A stretch of DNA of 64,000 nt, from positions 15,225 through 79,224 of the forward strand of contig CAILVY010000137.1 of assembly GCA_903837785.1 (NCBI GenBank), in the 5' to 3' direction. The notes beneath the pieces are model-generated. The model saw only the letters and a list, made by a program, of their open reading frames with translations. It was not told the origin of the DNA and ran no database searches. Position 1 is the first letter of the stretch, and the number at the start of each line of letters is the position of its first letter. Made by a program: the position numbers and the translations under genes. Shown here piece after piece: positions 9,168 through 18,515 of the stretch. This DNA comes from Candidatus Hydrogenedentota bacterium. GTDB taxonomy: Bacteria > Hydrogenedentota > Hydrogenedentia > Hydrogenedentales > CAILVY01.

Positions 9168-10667
9168 CTACAGATCGGCCAGGAGGCTCTTCATTGACGG
9201 GAAGAGCCTCTTGTACTTCTCATACGTGCCCCGATATATCGCGTGGCGTTTCGGATCGGGCTCGAAGACACGCTCCCGATGCACAAAATGCTTGACCCCC
9301 TCGGCCGGGCTCTTAAAGACGCCCGTGGCAAGGCCCGCGAGAATGGCCGCGCCCAGTATGCCGCACTCCGTGATTCGCGGGCGCACAAACGGCACGCCGA
9401 AGATGTCCGCCTTGACCTGGAGCCAGGCCGCCGACTTCGCCCCGCCGCCCGTCGCGATGAATTCCGACGTGTCGATGCCGAGCACCTGGAGCGCGTGCAG
9501 GCTCTCCAGGAAATAGAACGCCGATCCCTCGAGGATGGCCTTCAGGATCTCCCCGCGCGTCGTCGTCGTGCGCAAGCCCGCGATCACCCCCGCCGAATCC
9601 GAGATGAAATTCGGCGTGCCCGTGATCTCGAAGTGCGGCAAGACCATCAGGCGTGTCGGTTGCACCGGCATCTCGCGCGAAAGGATCTCGTAGAGATCCT
9701 CGTTCCCGTCCAGCAACTGCTTGTCCGCCTGCGCGAACGTGTCGCGGAACCACCGCACGAGCACCCCGCTCTGATTATAGATGAACGAAATGTAGTGCCC
9801 CTCCAGCACGTGGTGCTCGACGTTTAGGCCGCACGGCAGCATCTCGCTCGCGGCGGGAATGCGATCATAGACCGGCGCGATGCATTCCACTGTGCCGATG
9901 CCGCAGCAGGCCTTGCCCGCGCCGTGGATCCCGGCCCCGAGCGAGTTGCAGCACTGATCGTGCCCGCCCACGACAATCTGCACCCCTTTGGGCAGGCCCA
10001 GCTCGCGCGCGGCCGCCGCGCTCACGACGCCCGCCAGCGTGCCGCTTGCCGCCGGACGCGGCAACAGATCCGCGCCAATGCCGGACCACGCCAATAGCTG
10101 CTCGGACCACGTCTGCGTGTGAATATCAAAGAGCAGCGTCCGGTTCGCAAGCGAATAGCTCGTGATGGGCTCGCCGCCCAGCATGAACGCCACCAGATCG
10201 CCCCAGAGCAGGAACTTCCAGGCGCCGGTGAACAGGGCGGGCTCGTTCTCGCGCAGCCACATCAGCTTCGGCAGCGAGTAGTTCGGCCCGAGAATGTTGG
10301 GATTGACACTGTAGAACGCCTGCTGGCCCATCTCCTGCTTCAGCCGTTCCACATACTCGGCCCCGCGCAGATCCACGTGCAGGATGCTGTTGCCGAGGAT
10401 CTCGCGGTCCGCGCTCACCGGGGTCATTGCCTCGCCCATGGAACTCACGCACAACGCCGTGATCGGATCCCGGGCCGTGTGCGTCGCCACTTCGGCAATG
10501 GCTTCTTTCACAAGGGCGAACACCGCCCGGCTGTCGAGCTCCGCCCACTCCGGGCGCGGATGCAGCGTGGCATACTCCCGGTACGCCGTCGCCAGGCATT
10601 GCCCCTCCGCCGTGAACACGGCCGCCTTGCAGCCCGTCGTGCCGATGTCAATCCCGAGCAGGCTCAT
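9168..10667 (-). CDS. FGGY-family carbohydrate kinase (xylulokinase / L-fuculokinase-like)
   Basis: The N-terminus MSLLGIDIGTTGCKAAVF is the FGGY phosphate-1 motif. The length is 499 aa, with the GGGA second FGGY domain. The start overlaps the stop of the upstream isomerase in an ATGA arrangement at 10664-10667. Confidence 0.85.
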   Translation of the reverse strand: MSLLGIDIGTTGCKAAVFTAEGQCLATAYREYATLHPRPEWAELDSRAVFALVKEAIAEVATHTARDPITALCVSSMGEAMTPVSADREILGNSILHVDLRGAEYVERLKQEMGQQAFYSVNPNILGPNYSLPKLMWLRENEPALFTGAWKFLLWGDLVAFMLGGEPITSYSLANRTLLFDIHTQTWSEQLLAWSGIGADLLPRPAASGTLAGVVSAAAARELGLPKGVQIVVGGHDQCCNSLGAGIHGAGKACCGIGTVECIAPVYDRIPAASEMLPCGLNVEHHVLEGHYISFIYNQSGVLVRWFRDTFAQADKQLLDGNEDLYEILSREMPVQPTRLMVLPHFEITGTPNFISDSAGVIAGLRTTTTRGEILKAILEGSAFYFLESLHALQVLGIDTSEFIATGGGAKSAAWLQVKADIFGVPFVRPRITECGILGAAILAGLATGVFKSPAEGVKHFVHRERVFEPDPKRHAIYRGTYEKYKRLFPSMKSLLADL

Positions 10668-12088
10668 GGCACGCTCACCTCATAGCCCAGATATTTCTCG
10701 AAGGCCTCCCGGATGGGGGCGACCACGTGCCCCGGTGTCACCGCAACGTGGTGCCGGTGCCCCTGCGCGCCGATGGCCAGCAGCACCTCCTGCAGGCGCG
10801 GAATCTCGGCCACGCCGGCGCAGCCAAAGAACTCCGCAGGCACCACGTCGTCCGTGAAGCGGCCTTCTCCCAGATAGAAACGCAGCTTCCCGTCGGCCGT
10901 TGTCAGGTTGCCGAAGCTGATCGGCATCGACGCGATCCGGCCCGTGTTGCAGCCGTACGAGCAGCCCTTGCCCACGGCCGTCTCCAGTATCGCGTGGTCC
11001 GTGATTCGGCCCTTCCCCGTCATCATCGCGCGCGGCACCGGGCCGCAATGGAAGAGGATGCACTTCTCCTCGTCATCATCGTAGTTGTTGTTCCAGTCCA
11101 GGCACGCCGCCGGCTGCAGGGCTGCCGTGCTCAGGGCGCGCATCGCAATCGCGCTGCCCACGTCCACCTCGCAGGCCGACATCACCCCGCGCTGATTCAT
11201 CTCGCTCAGCAGCACGCAACACGAAATGCCCAATTGCTGCTGGAGTTCGAGCCAGCACCGGATCGCAAGCGCGTCCAGCCGCAACTCCTCCACAAGTTCG
11301 TCCAGCACAACCCCCAGCGCCACGATGTTCGTGAACGCCTGCCGCGGCACTCCGGTCCAGCCCGTGTACTCCCGCAGGCATTTCGCCTTTGCCGCCGCCT
11401 TCTTGTTCGACGGCTTCACCGCCCGAACCCGGGCGAACACGTCGGACAAATCGACCGTCTCCATTGTGATGCCGTGCCGCTGCAACGCCAACTCGTCAAT
11501 GCGAACCGTCTTGAACGCTGTCGTCCGCGCGCCAATGGCCCCGACGGTCATCTTGCGCATCGACTTCACCACCCGGCACAGGCGGTCGAAATAGTCGATA
11601 TTCTCCGCGAAGCGCGAACTCAATGGATGCACCACATGCGGCTTCACCGCGGTGAACTTCACCCCGTACTGGCAGAACACGTCCATGATCGAGAACTTGC
11701 CGCAGAACGAGTCGCGCCGACGCGCCGGGTCCAGCTTGTCCAACTCGTCCGGATACGCCTGAATGAAGATCGGTACCCCGGCCTCGCCCAACGCCGCCAC
11801 CGCGCCCGTCTCATCGCCAAAATTCGGCAGGCACACAATCACCCCGTCATACTTCCCCGCGTGCTTCTTCAGGAAGTTCGCGTAGACCTCGCCCTCGGCC
11901 GGCGTCTCGACTGCGCCGTTCCGCGTGGCCCCCGCCTCGAGCATCAATGTGCCGTACCCCAGCTTCTTCAGCGTCTGCGAGAGTTCCCGCCGGGCGCTCT
12001 CCTGCAACGACGCGGGAAAGAAGCCCCGGTTTCCAAAAAACAACGCAAAAGTGGACTTATCCATGCTTAATGATCCTGCTCCGCTCAT
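10664..12088 (-). CDS. L-fucose isomerase family protein (FucI/AraA-like ketol isomerase)
   Basis: The 474-aa protein has an N-terminal Rossmann-like part (FALFFGNRGFFP...GVIVCLPNFGDE) and a C-terminal part (SACEVDVGSAIAMRAL) typical of the FucI-like family. It is ATGA-coupled to the aldolase at 12085-12088 and to the kinase at 10664-10667. An alternative start is M at 12064. Confidence 0.75.
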   Translation of the reverse strand: MSGAGSLSMDKSTFALFFGNRGFFPASLQESARRELSQTLKKLGYGTLMLEAGATRNGAVETPAEGEVYANFLKKHAGKYDGVIVCLPNFGDETGAVAALGEAGVPIFIQAYPDELDKLDPARRRDSFCGKFSIMDVFCQYGVKFTAVKPHVVHPLSSRFAENIDYFDRLCRVVKSMRKMTVGAIGARTTAFKTVRIDELALQRHGITMETVDLSDVFARVRAVKPSNKKAAAKAKCLREYTGWTGVPRQAFTNIVALGVVLDELVEELRLDALAIRCWLELQQQLGISCCVLLSEMNQRGVMSACEVDVGSAIAMRALSTAALQPAACLDWNNNYDDDEEKCILFHCGPVPRAMMTGKGRITDHAILETAVGKGCSYGCNTGRIASMPISFGNLTTADGKLRFYLGEGRFTDDVVPAEFFGCAGVAEIPRLQEVLLAIGAQGHRHHVAVTPGHVVAPIREAFEKYLGYEVSVP

Positions 12089-12999
12089 GTGAGCGGATTG
12101 ATGATGTCCGCCGTCCCTTCCAGCTCCAAATCCTCTCGGATAACGCGCACGGTTCTATCGTATACCGCCTCGCGCGCCTTGTCCAGTGATTCCGGAAGCA
12201 GCGCCTCGTAGGGCTGCCGGATGGCCGTGGCCACATTGATCTTCGCAACCCCGTGACGGATGGATTCCAGAATGTACTCCTTCCGGATCCCCGTCCCGCC
12301 GTGGAGCACCAACGGAATATTCACCGCGGCGCAGATCGCGTCCAGGCGTTCGATGCTGAGCCGCGCCTCGATCTTCTTCTCCTTCCGCTTCTCCGTGATC
12401 ACCCCGTGAACGCTCCCAATCGCCACAGAGAGCCAGTCCGTGCCGCTTTCCGCCACAAAGCGCCGGGCCTCCTCCGGATCCGTAAAGCCCTTGCCCGAGG
12501 CGAAGAGTTCCTCGTACGGCGGCATCGGACCGGACTCGTGCCCCAGCACCGCGCCCAGCTCCGCCTCGACCGCCACGCCCTGCGCGTGCGCCATGTCCAC
12601 GATCTTGCGCGTGGCCGCGATGTTCTCGGCCAACGGCAGGCGCGACGCGTCGATCATCACGGAGTCATAGCCCAGCCGCACGGCCAGCCCAAGGTCCCCC
12701 TCATAGTCCACGAGGAGCTGATCTTCATCGATCACCGGCACGTGATCGAGATGAAGCCGCGTGAAACGCTCGTCCTTGACGCGCTCATACTCTTCGAAAA
12801 CCGGCCCGATGCCCCCCGCGTGAAATTTCATCCATTCCAGCCGCGCCACGGCGATCAGCCCCAGGCACCGCGTATCGCGCAGGGCGCGCACCACGGGCTC
12901 CATCATGGGCAGATACGGGATATTGAATCCCGGAATCGCCGTCTTGGCGCGAAAGGCGCGTTGCATCAGTTCCATCATGCCGGGCATTGCAGAAGACAT
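12085..12999 (-). CDS. class II (metal-dependent) fructose/tagatose-bisphosphate aldolase family protein
   Basis: The motifs FNIPYLPMMEPV, HLDHV, and HGGTG with a downstream KINV are the class II FBA/GatY/KbaY TIM-barrel signature. The start is probably M at 12999, although the ORF extends to 13053. Confidence 0.8.
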   Translation of the reverse strand: MSSAMPGMMELMQRAFRAKTAIPGFNIPYLPMMEPVVRALRDTRCLGLIAVARLEWMKFHAGGIGPVFEEYERVKDERFTRLHLDHVPVIDEDQLLVDYEGDLGLAVRLGYDSVMIDASRLPLAENIAATRKIVDMAHAQGVAVEAELGAVLGHESGPMPPYEELFASGKGFTDPEEARRFVAESGTDWLSVAIGSVHGVITEKRKEKKIEARLSIERLDAICAAVNIPLVLHGGTGIRKEYILESIRHGVAKINVATAIRQPYEALLPESLDKAREAVYDRTVRVIREDLELEGTADIINPLT

Positions 13000-13115
13000 A
13001 TCACCACTCTCCCTCGTTCTTCGGTTGGCCTCCATTGTGTGCCGCCAGGACACCCCGCCGCAAGCGCACTCCCCTGCGCGCCTTCACGATCACGTGCCCG
13101 CACGTATCCGGGCGG

Positions 13116-13829
13116 CTAGGCCTCAGGCGCGTCGCTCCATTGCGACACGAGCGCGGCATATTCGCCCAGCGCCGCCTTCCCCTGCTCCGTCAGCGCATAC
13201 ACGCCCCGCTCCACTCGCTCGAACCACCCGTAGACATTGTCCGCGAGAATCGCCTGCGTCTTTTCGCCCGTGCCCAGCAGGCGGAGCGCTTTGGGACACT
13301 GCGGGCCGAGCAAGTCCAGGCGCCAAGCGATGCGCAGGGCGTTCTCGCGATAAGCCGTGACGAGCTTGCGCCGCGTGCTGCCCCCGGCATTCAAGTCGGC
13401 GCTGCGCCCGCCCATCTCGCGGAGTATGGCCCGGCGTTGCGGCGCCTGCTTCCTTCGGCTGAAGGGCACGGGATGAAAGGCCACTTCGACCCGGGCTTTC
13501 CCGCCGCCGAAGGACACGAGAATCAAGCCCAGCTCCAGGCGCCGCAGGAGATGCAGAATCCCGCGCCACTTCCGCGGCGGCATCTTCTCCGGGCGCGGCG
13601 CGGCGACATAGACCGAGTCCGTGACCCGCTGGCGGCGTGTCGCCTGAATCAGCAGCTCCAGCGTGATCTGCCGCTTCAGCTCGATGACGACCAGATCCTC
13701 TCCCTTCAGCGCCGTGATATCGCAGCCCAGCACCTCGCCCCGGACGAGATACCCGTGCTGCTCGAGATAGTCCCGCACGGGAGGATACAAATCGACTTCC
13801 CGTATGCTTGCACGCGTCTTCTTGTCCAT
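13116..13829 (-). CDS. hypothetical protein, PD-(D/E)xK nuclease-like N-terminus plus C-terminal wHTH (DUF2161-like)
   Basis: The segment GCDITALKGEDLVVIELK has a D...E-x-K arrangement resembling the PD-(D/E)xK core. The C-terminus (WFERVERGVYALTEQGKAAL) looks like a winged helix. The start is taken at M 13829 (MDKKTR). Confidence 0.4.
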   Translation of the reverse strand: MDKKTRASIREVDLYPPVRDYLEQHGYLVRGEVLGCDITALKGEDLVVIELKRQITLELLIQATRRQRVTDSVYVAAPRPEKMPPRKWRGILHLLRRLELGLILVSFGGGKARVEVAFHPVPFSRRKQAPQRRAILREMGGRSADLNAGGSTRRKLVTAYRENALRIAWRLDLLGPQCPKALRLLGTGEKTQAILADNVYGWFERVERGVYALTEQGKAALGEYAALVSQWSDAPEA

Positions 13830-14039
13830 CGTATTCCCAGTACTTCCCGAAACCCTGCGGACGGCTAACCGCCCGGTGCAACAGGGCCTGTGCGTCCGGA
13901 CAGGATTCTGGCGGGCCGGGAGGAAAATGTCCAATCGCGGGCCGCCGCATTTTAAACTGGAAACCAAACCCCCCTTTGGAGGAATAATAGGCTAGGGATG
14001 CCTAGTTCAGGAAACACACTTTACGCGGAGGAGATGTTC

Positions 14040-14630
14040 ATGAAGAAGAGTCATTGTTCCCTTGGAGTACTGCTGGCGGGATTCGCCCTGCTGATTTCCG
14101 GCTGCGCCACTACCACGGACTACGTAACCTTGAGTTACATTCCCCAGGCCAATGCCATGCGTATCGACGGCGCAAACAATGTCCAGGTCAAGGTCGTGAT
14201 CAATGACCAGCGCGCCGTCAAGGACCGCGTCAGCGCCAAGAAGGATTTCCACGGAATCGAGATCGCCCCGATCATCTCCATGAACGACGTGAAAGGCGCG
14301 ATCCAGGGCGCGATCGAAGCCGAACTGCGCAACCGAGGCTTTAACGTGGATTCGGGTGGAACGACCATCGAATTGACCGTCCAGAAGTTCTACAACGATT
14401 TCCAGCCGGGTTTCTGGACGCGCAAGGCCAATACGGACGCCGCATTCAAGCTGAAGGTTATCGCCTCCGACGGGAGCGAGGTGCTTATTAAGAACATGTC
14501 CGACGAGTGGTCCAAACCCGTCCTGCACATGTCCGCGAAGCGCGCCCAACTGGCGCTGAACAAGGCCCTGCGTGAGTCCGTCCAGTCGCTTTTCCACGAC
14601 GGCGAGTTCCTCGGCGCACTGCTCAAGTAG
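14040..14630 (+). CDS. lipoprotein (YajG-like)
   Basis: The lipobox LLISGC follows a signal peptide. GGAGGAG at 14027-14033 sits 6 nt upstream of ATG 14040. The protein is about 195 aa. Confidence 0.5.
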   Translation: MKKSHCSLGVLLAGFALLISGCATTTDYVTLSYIPQANAMRIDGANNVQVKVVINDQRAVKDRVSAKKDFHGIEIAPIISMNDVKGAIQGAIEAELRNRGFNVDSGGTTIELTVQKFYNDFQPGFWTRKANTDAAFKLKVIASDGSEVLIKNMSDEWSKPVLHMSAKRAQLALNKALRESVQSLFHDGEFLGALLK

Positions 14631-14707
14631 CCGCGCCGGATAGCCGCTGATCCGGGTCGTCCAAGGGTCCCGCTGGTGTGAAGTGAACCGTAGGGAAGGG
14701 GATCGCC

Positions 14708-15403
14708 ATGTCCGTTCGTGCACAATCCGTTGCCCTGCTCTTCTTGGCCGTATGCGTCATTGCGCCGCTCGGCGGATGCAAGCATAAGAAGAACCTGGTC
14801 TCTCCGGCAGCGGCAACCCTGGCCGAGGACGGCGCCCAAGGCGATGTGAAAGAGATGTCGCCCGAGCGCATGCTGGTCTGGACCGGCTATGTCCGTCTCC
14901 AGGTGCGGAACATCCAGGACGCCGCGCGCGAAGCCACCGCGCTGGCCGAGAAGGCGGGAGGCTACGTTGAACAGAATGTCGAGGAGTCCGGCGGGACGGC
15001 CGAACTCCGCATGCGCATTCCGGCGAAGGCTTTCCACGAGGCCATCGGGAGCCTCGCAGCGCTCGGCAAGGTTAGGTCCAGCCGAGTGGATGGGCGCGAT
15101 GTCACGGCAGAGTATGTTGACGTGGAAGCCCGGCTCAAGAACAAGATTGCGCTGCGGGACAGCCTGAAAGAACTGCTGGCCAAGGCCAGCGACGTCAAGG
15201 ACATCCTGGCCATCGAAACCGAACTGAATCGGGTCCAGGCGGACGTGGATTCCATGGAGGGCCGGATCAAAGTGTTGAAGGAGCAGGTGGACCTGGCCAC
15301 GATCACCCTCAGTCTGGAACGCGGCAAGATCTATGGCCCCTTTGGATACTTCTTCAAAGGTTTGTGGTGGGGCATCGAGAAACTCTTCGTCATTCGGAAG
15401 TAG
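14708..15403 (+). CDS. DUF4349 domain lipoprotein
   Basis: There is a signal peptide with lipobox PLGGC. The core sequence (WTGYVRLQVRNIQDA...EARLKNKIALRDSLKELLAKA...VDLATITLSL) matches the DUF4349 architecture. The same domain recurs at the C-terminus of the anti-sigma factor at 60999..62405. Confidence 0.55.
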   Translation: MSVRAQSVALLFLAVCVIAPLGGCKHKKNLVSPAAATLAEDGAQGDVKEMSPERMLVWTGYVRLQVRNIQDAAREATALAEKAGGYVEQNVEESGGTAELRMRIPAKAFHEAIGSLAALGKVRSSRVDGRDVTAEYVDVEARLKNKIALRDSLKELLAKASDVKDILAIETELNRVQADVDSMEGRIKVLKEQVDLATITLSLERGKIYGPFGYFFKGLWWGIEKLFVIRK

Positions 15404-15409
15404 CCGCAT

Positions 15410-17341
15410 ATGTTTGCTCAAGCGCTGCTGTGCATATCCCTACTGGCGGCAGGCGGCGAAGACCCCCGCGTCGCCTGGGGACGCGCGCAGCTAGAATCGG
15501 CGCTGGCCGCGGTGCAGGCGCCCCAACGCAGTGTCGAAATCGTTATCGACGCCGCACCCGGGGCACTGGTCGACGCTGCGGCGAAGCCGGAAGGTTTTCG
15601 GATTGTCACATCCAAGGAGGCAATCCGTGTCGTGGGCTTCGATGCGGCGGGCGTGTTGTACGGCTGCCTCGAGCTGGCGCAGCGGACGCGCGCGCTGGGC
15701 CGTCTGCCGGACAATCTCGACGTAAGTGATGCGCCCGCGCTCTCTCTCCGCGGCACGTGCATCCTGCTGATGAAGCTCGGCACGTACGACTATCCGATTA
15801 CGCCGGAAGAGTTTCCGTTCTTCTACGACAAGGGGCTGTGGACGGACTATCTGGAGTTCCTCGCGGCGAACCGCTTCAATTACATCGCCTTCTGGAACGG
15901 CCATCCCTTCGATTATTTCGTGAGGCTCGAGAAGTACCCCGAGGCGCAGGACGGCATGGACCCGGCGCTGATTGCGCGCAATCACGACCTGCTCCTGTGG
16001 CTCGGCGCCGAGGCGGAAAAGCGCAACATCTGCCTCATGTTCGAGTTCTACAACATCCACACGTCCGTCTACTTCCAGAAGGCCCACAAGCTCCCCGCGT
16101 GGAACCCAAAGCCCACGCCGCTGCTCACGGACTACACCGCGTACTGCATCGAACGCTTCGTGTCGGAGTTTCCGAACATCGGGCTCTATGTCTGCCCCGG
16201 CGAGGCCCTGCAACTCGAGCACACCGCGGACTGGATCAACAACGTCATCTTCCCGGCCGTGCTCCGCACGGGGAAGACCCCGCCGATCATGATTCGCGCC
16301 TGGGCCATCGACCTCGAACACATGAGGCAACTCGCCGGGCACTATCCGCGCCTTTACACGGAGAGCAAGTTCAATGTCGAGATGATTGCGAGCACGCAGA
16401 TTGATCCCGCGACACGGGACTGGGCCAGCGTCACTGGCAATCACGTCGTCAACATCCACTGCCTCGGCAATCTCGAACCCTTCCGCTGGAACCCGCCCTC
16501 GTACATCCGGCAATGCATGCAGAATTCAGTCGCCGCCGGCGCCACAGGCCTGCATCTCTATCCGCGCAAGGCCTGGCGCTGGCCCTTCGGCTGCGACAAG
16601 ACAGACACGCCCGAACTGCAATGGCAACGCGACCACTTCTGGTTCGAAATGTGGGGCCGCTACGCCTGGAACCCGCAACGAGACCCGGAGCAGGAACGGG
16701 CATATTGGCTGAGTCAACTGGAGGCCAGATTCGGCACGCCAAAGGCCGCGGAAGCGATGCTGACGCTCTTTGAAGCTGACGGAGACGTGCTGCCCGCGCT
16801 CCAGCGGCTCTTCTGGATTGGCAATGACAACCACACTGTAGTCACCGCCGGCGCGACGCTCGAACAACTCCGAAACGCGCCCGGCATTCCCTTCCTGCCC
16901 CTCGAATGTCTCCGGGTCCCGGAGTATCTCGACGCACTCAAGCACGAGAAGCCTCTGGAGAAGGAGTCCCCGCTGGATTTCCTGGCAAGGAAGCTGGAGG
17001 AATCCACGCGCGCCTGCGCCGCCGCGGGCGTTGCCGTGGCCGCCGCCACAAGGAACCAGGCCGAGGCGAAACGTTATTCCAGTGACGCCAAGGCCATACA
17101 GCTCACGGCGCGATATTACTTGCGCAAACTCGCTGCCGCCACAGCGAAAGGCGATGCCTCGAGAGCTGCCCTTCAGGAAAGCGTGGACATCTTCCGGGAA
17201 CTCACTGAACTCACGCGCCAAAGCTACGACAGCCTCAGTGACGTTCCTGCGTGGAATCCGTCCAAGGAGCTGCCCTGCCCCTATCACTGGGCCGATGTCT
17301 TGCCCCTCTACGAAAAAGAGCTGGCCAGGTACGGGCACTGA
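15410..17341 (+). CDS. secreted glycoside-hydrolase-like protein (GH20/GH67-like fold, DUF4838-like), family uncertain
   Basis: There is an N-terminal signal. An alpha/beta N-terminal domain (FRIVTSKEAIRVVGFDAAGVLYGCLELAQR) is followed by a TIM-barrel-like region rich in aromatic residues (NYIAFWNGHPFDYF...LMFEFYN). The C-terminus is helical. The assignment is by resemblance only. Confidence 0.4.
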   Translation: MFAQALLCISLLAAGGEDPRVAWGRAQLESALAAVQAPQRSVEIVIDAAPGALVDAAAKPEGFRIVTSKEAIRVVGFDAAGVLYGCLELAQRTRALGRLPDNLDVSDAPALSLRGTCILLMKLGTYDYPITPEEFPFFYDKGLWTDYLEFLAANRFNYIAFWNGHPFDYFVRLEKYPEAQDGMDPALIARNHDLLLWLGAEAEKRNICLMFEFYNIHTSVYFQKAHKLPAWNPKPTPLLTDYTAYCIERFVSEFPNIGLYVCPGEALQLEHTADWINNVIFPAVLRTGKTPPIMIRAWAIDLEHMRQLAGHYPRLYTESKFNVEMIASTQIDPATRDWASVTGNHVVNIHCLGNLEPFRWNPPSYIRQCMQNSVAAGATGLHLYPRKAWRWPFGCDKTDTPELQWQRDHFWFEMWGRYAWNPQRDPEQERAYWLSQLEARFGTPKAAEAMLTLFEADGDVLPALQRLFWIGNDNHTVVTAGATLEQLRNAPGIPFLPLECLRVPEYLDALKHEKPLEKESPLDFLARKLEESTRACAAAGVAVAAATRNQAEAKRYSSDAKAIQLTARYYLRKLAAATAKGDASRAALQESVDIFRELTELTRQSYDSLSDVPAWNPSKELPCPYHWADVLPLYEKELARYGH

Positions 17342-17357
17342 CCCAGGCGGGAACGGA

Positions 17358-18461
17358 TCATTTCGGCAGGCTTGTCAGGCCCTTGCGCCATGCGTATGTG
17401 AACAGCGTGATGCCGCGTCCGTAGTTCTGAACGCCTTCCTTGATCCCCTGCGCCTGGAGGTACCTGTTATAAATCTTCCAACTGGCTTTGCTGAACCACT
17501 GCACGCGATATCGCGCATGCGCCTCGTGCGCCTTCTTCAAGTCTTCGCGGGCCAGTTCGGGCAGAGCCTCCATGGCTTCCTTCCGGCCATCTCTCGGCAC
17601 TAAATCCATGTACGCATCGAGCGCGCACGCGTAGCGCGCCAACGGGTCCTCCGCGCGCAGGCCCGCCACGAAACCGATCAGCGTGGCCTCGTCTTCGCTA
17701 CAGCAGCCTGCGATGTGGCCCAACTCATGTGCGGAGACGGATACGAACGCGGCACTCGGCAGCGCCCCGTCAACCTGTGCTTCGAGTGTCAAGGGCGAAC
17801 ACATCCCCGACGTGCTGTTGAACAGCAGGACCCCCTTCGGCGTCGCCTTCACTGTGCGCGGCATCGCGATGGCGCGGCCGTCCCATTCGAAGACTACTTC
17901 GGCCATGGCCTTCGAAATCGCGGCCACCGCCCGTGGCACGTCTCGCTGTTCCGGCGGCGGAATGTCGCGTTTGATGATGTCCAGCAACAGCCCGCGCAGT
18001 CTGGCCGCTTCCTCCGGCGCAATGGCAGACGTATCGAAATGCAGCCGTTTCTCCGCGGGCACCCGTTGATAGCCCGCGCCCCAGACCACGATGAACCAGG
18101 CAACCAGAAACGGCGTGCCCGCCACGATCCATTTCACCCCCCAGAGCAGGCCGCGCCAATGCGGGTTCCCCTGCCGCCGTAATTGGACCCAACGCAAGGC
18201 CCAGAGGAGTGGAATGCCCAGGATCGCCACAATCGTTATCACGAGTGCGAGAGAGAAGGGAAACAGTTGCGTCACGGGCGTGAAACAGGCCACCGCGAGG
18301 CGGTAGATTCCGCGCGAATAGAGGCTCTCGACTGTCTCCTGACTCGGCGCGGCCAGAAACCACCACCCGCAAAACCCCCAGAGCAGCGCTACGACAACCC
18401 AAAAGACGATCGTTCGTTTCCGCGGTTGCGATTTCGCCTCGGCCTTCGCTTCGTCTGTCAT
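17358..18461 (-). CDS. DUF3810-like membrane protein with HExxH zinc-peptidase motif
   Basis: Several N-terminal TM helices are followed by a soluble domain that contains SAHELGHIAG. Confidence 0.5.
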   Translation of the reverse strand: MTDEAKAEAKSQPRKRTIVFWVVVALLWGFCGWWFLAAPSQETVESLYSRGIYRLAVACFTPVTQLFPFSLALVITIVAILGIPLLWALRWVQLRRQGNPHWRGLLWGVKWIVAGTPFLVAWFIVVWGAGYQRVPAEKRLHFDTSAIAPEEAARLRGLLLDIIKRDIPPPEQRDVPRAVAAISKAMAEVVFEWDGRAIAMPRTVKATPKGVLLFNSTSGMCSPLTLEAQVDGALPSAAFVSVSAHELGHIAGCCSEDEATLIGFVAGLRAEDPLARYACALDAYMDLVPRDGRKEAMEALPELAREDLKKAHEAHARYRVQWFSKASWKIYNRYLQAQGIKEGVQNYGRGITLFTYAWRKGLTSLPK

Positions 18462-18515
18462 CGCGTTTGCTCCCTCATGTCGAATGCATCCCCGGGGCCC
18501 CGCCTCGCCAATCGG

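Noticed and set aside
10727-12070. 447-aa plus-strand ORF
   Set aside because: It is antisense to the L-fucose-isomerase-family gene. Its composition is Arg/His-rich.
15491-16513. 340-aa minus-strand ORF
   Set aside because: It is antisense to the GH-like gene 15410..17341.
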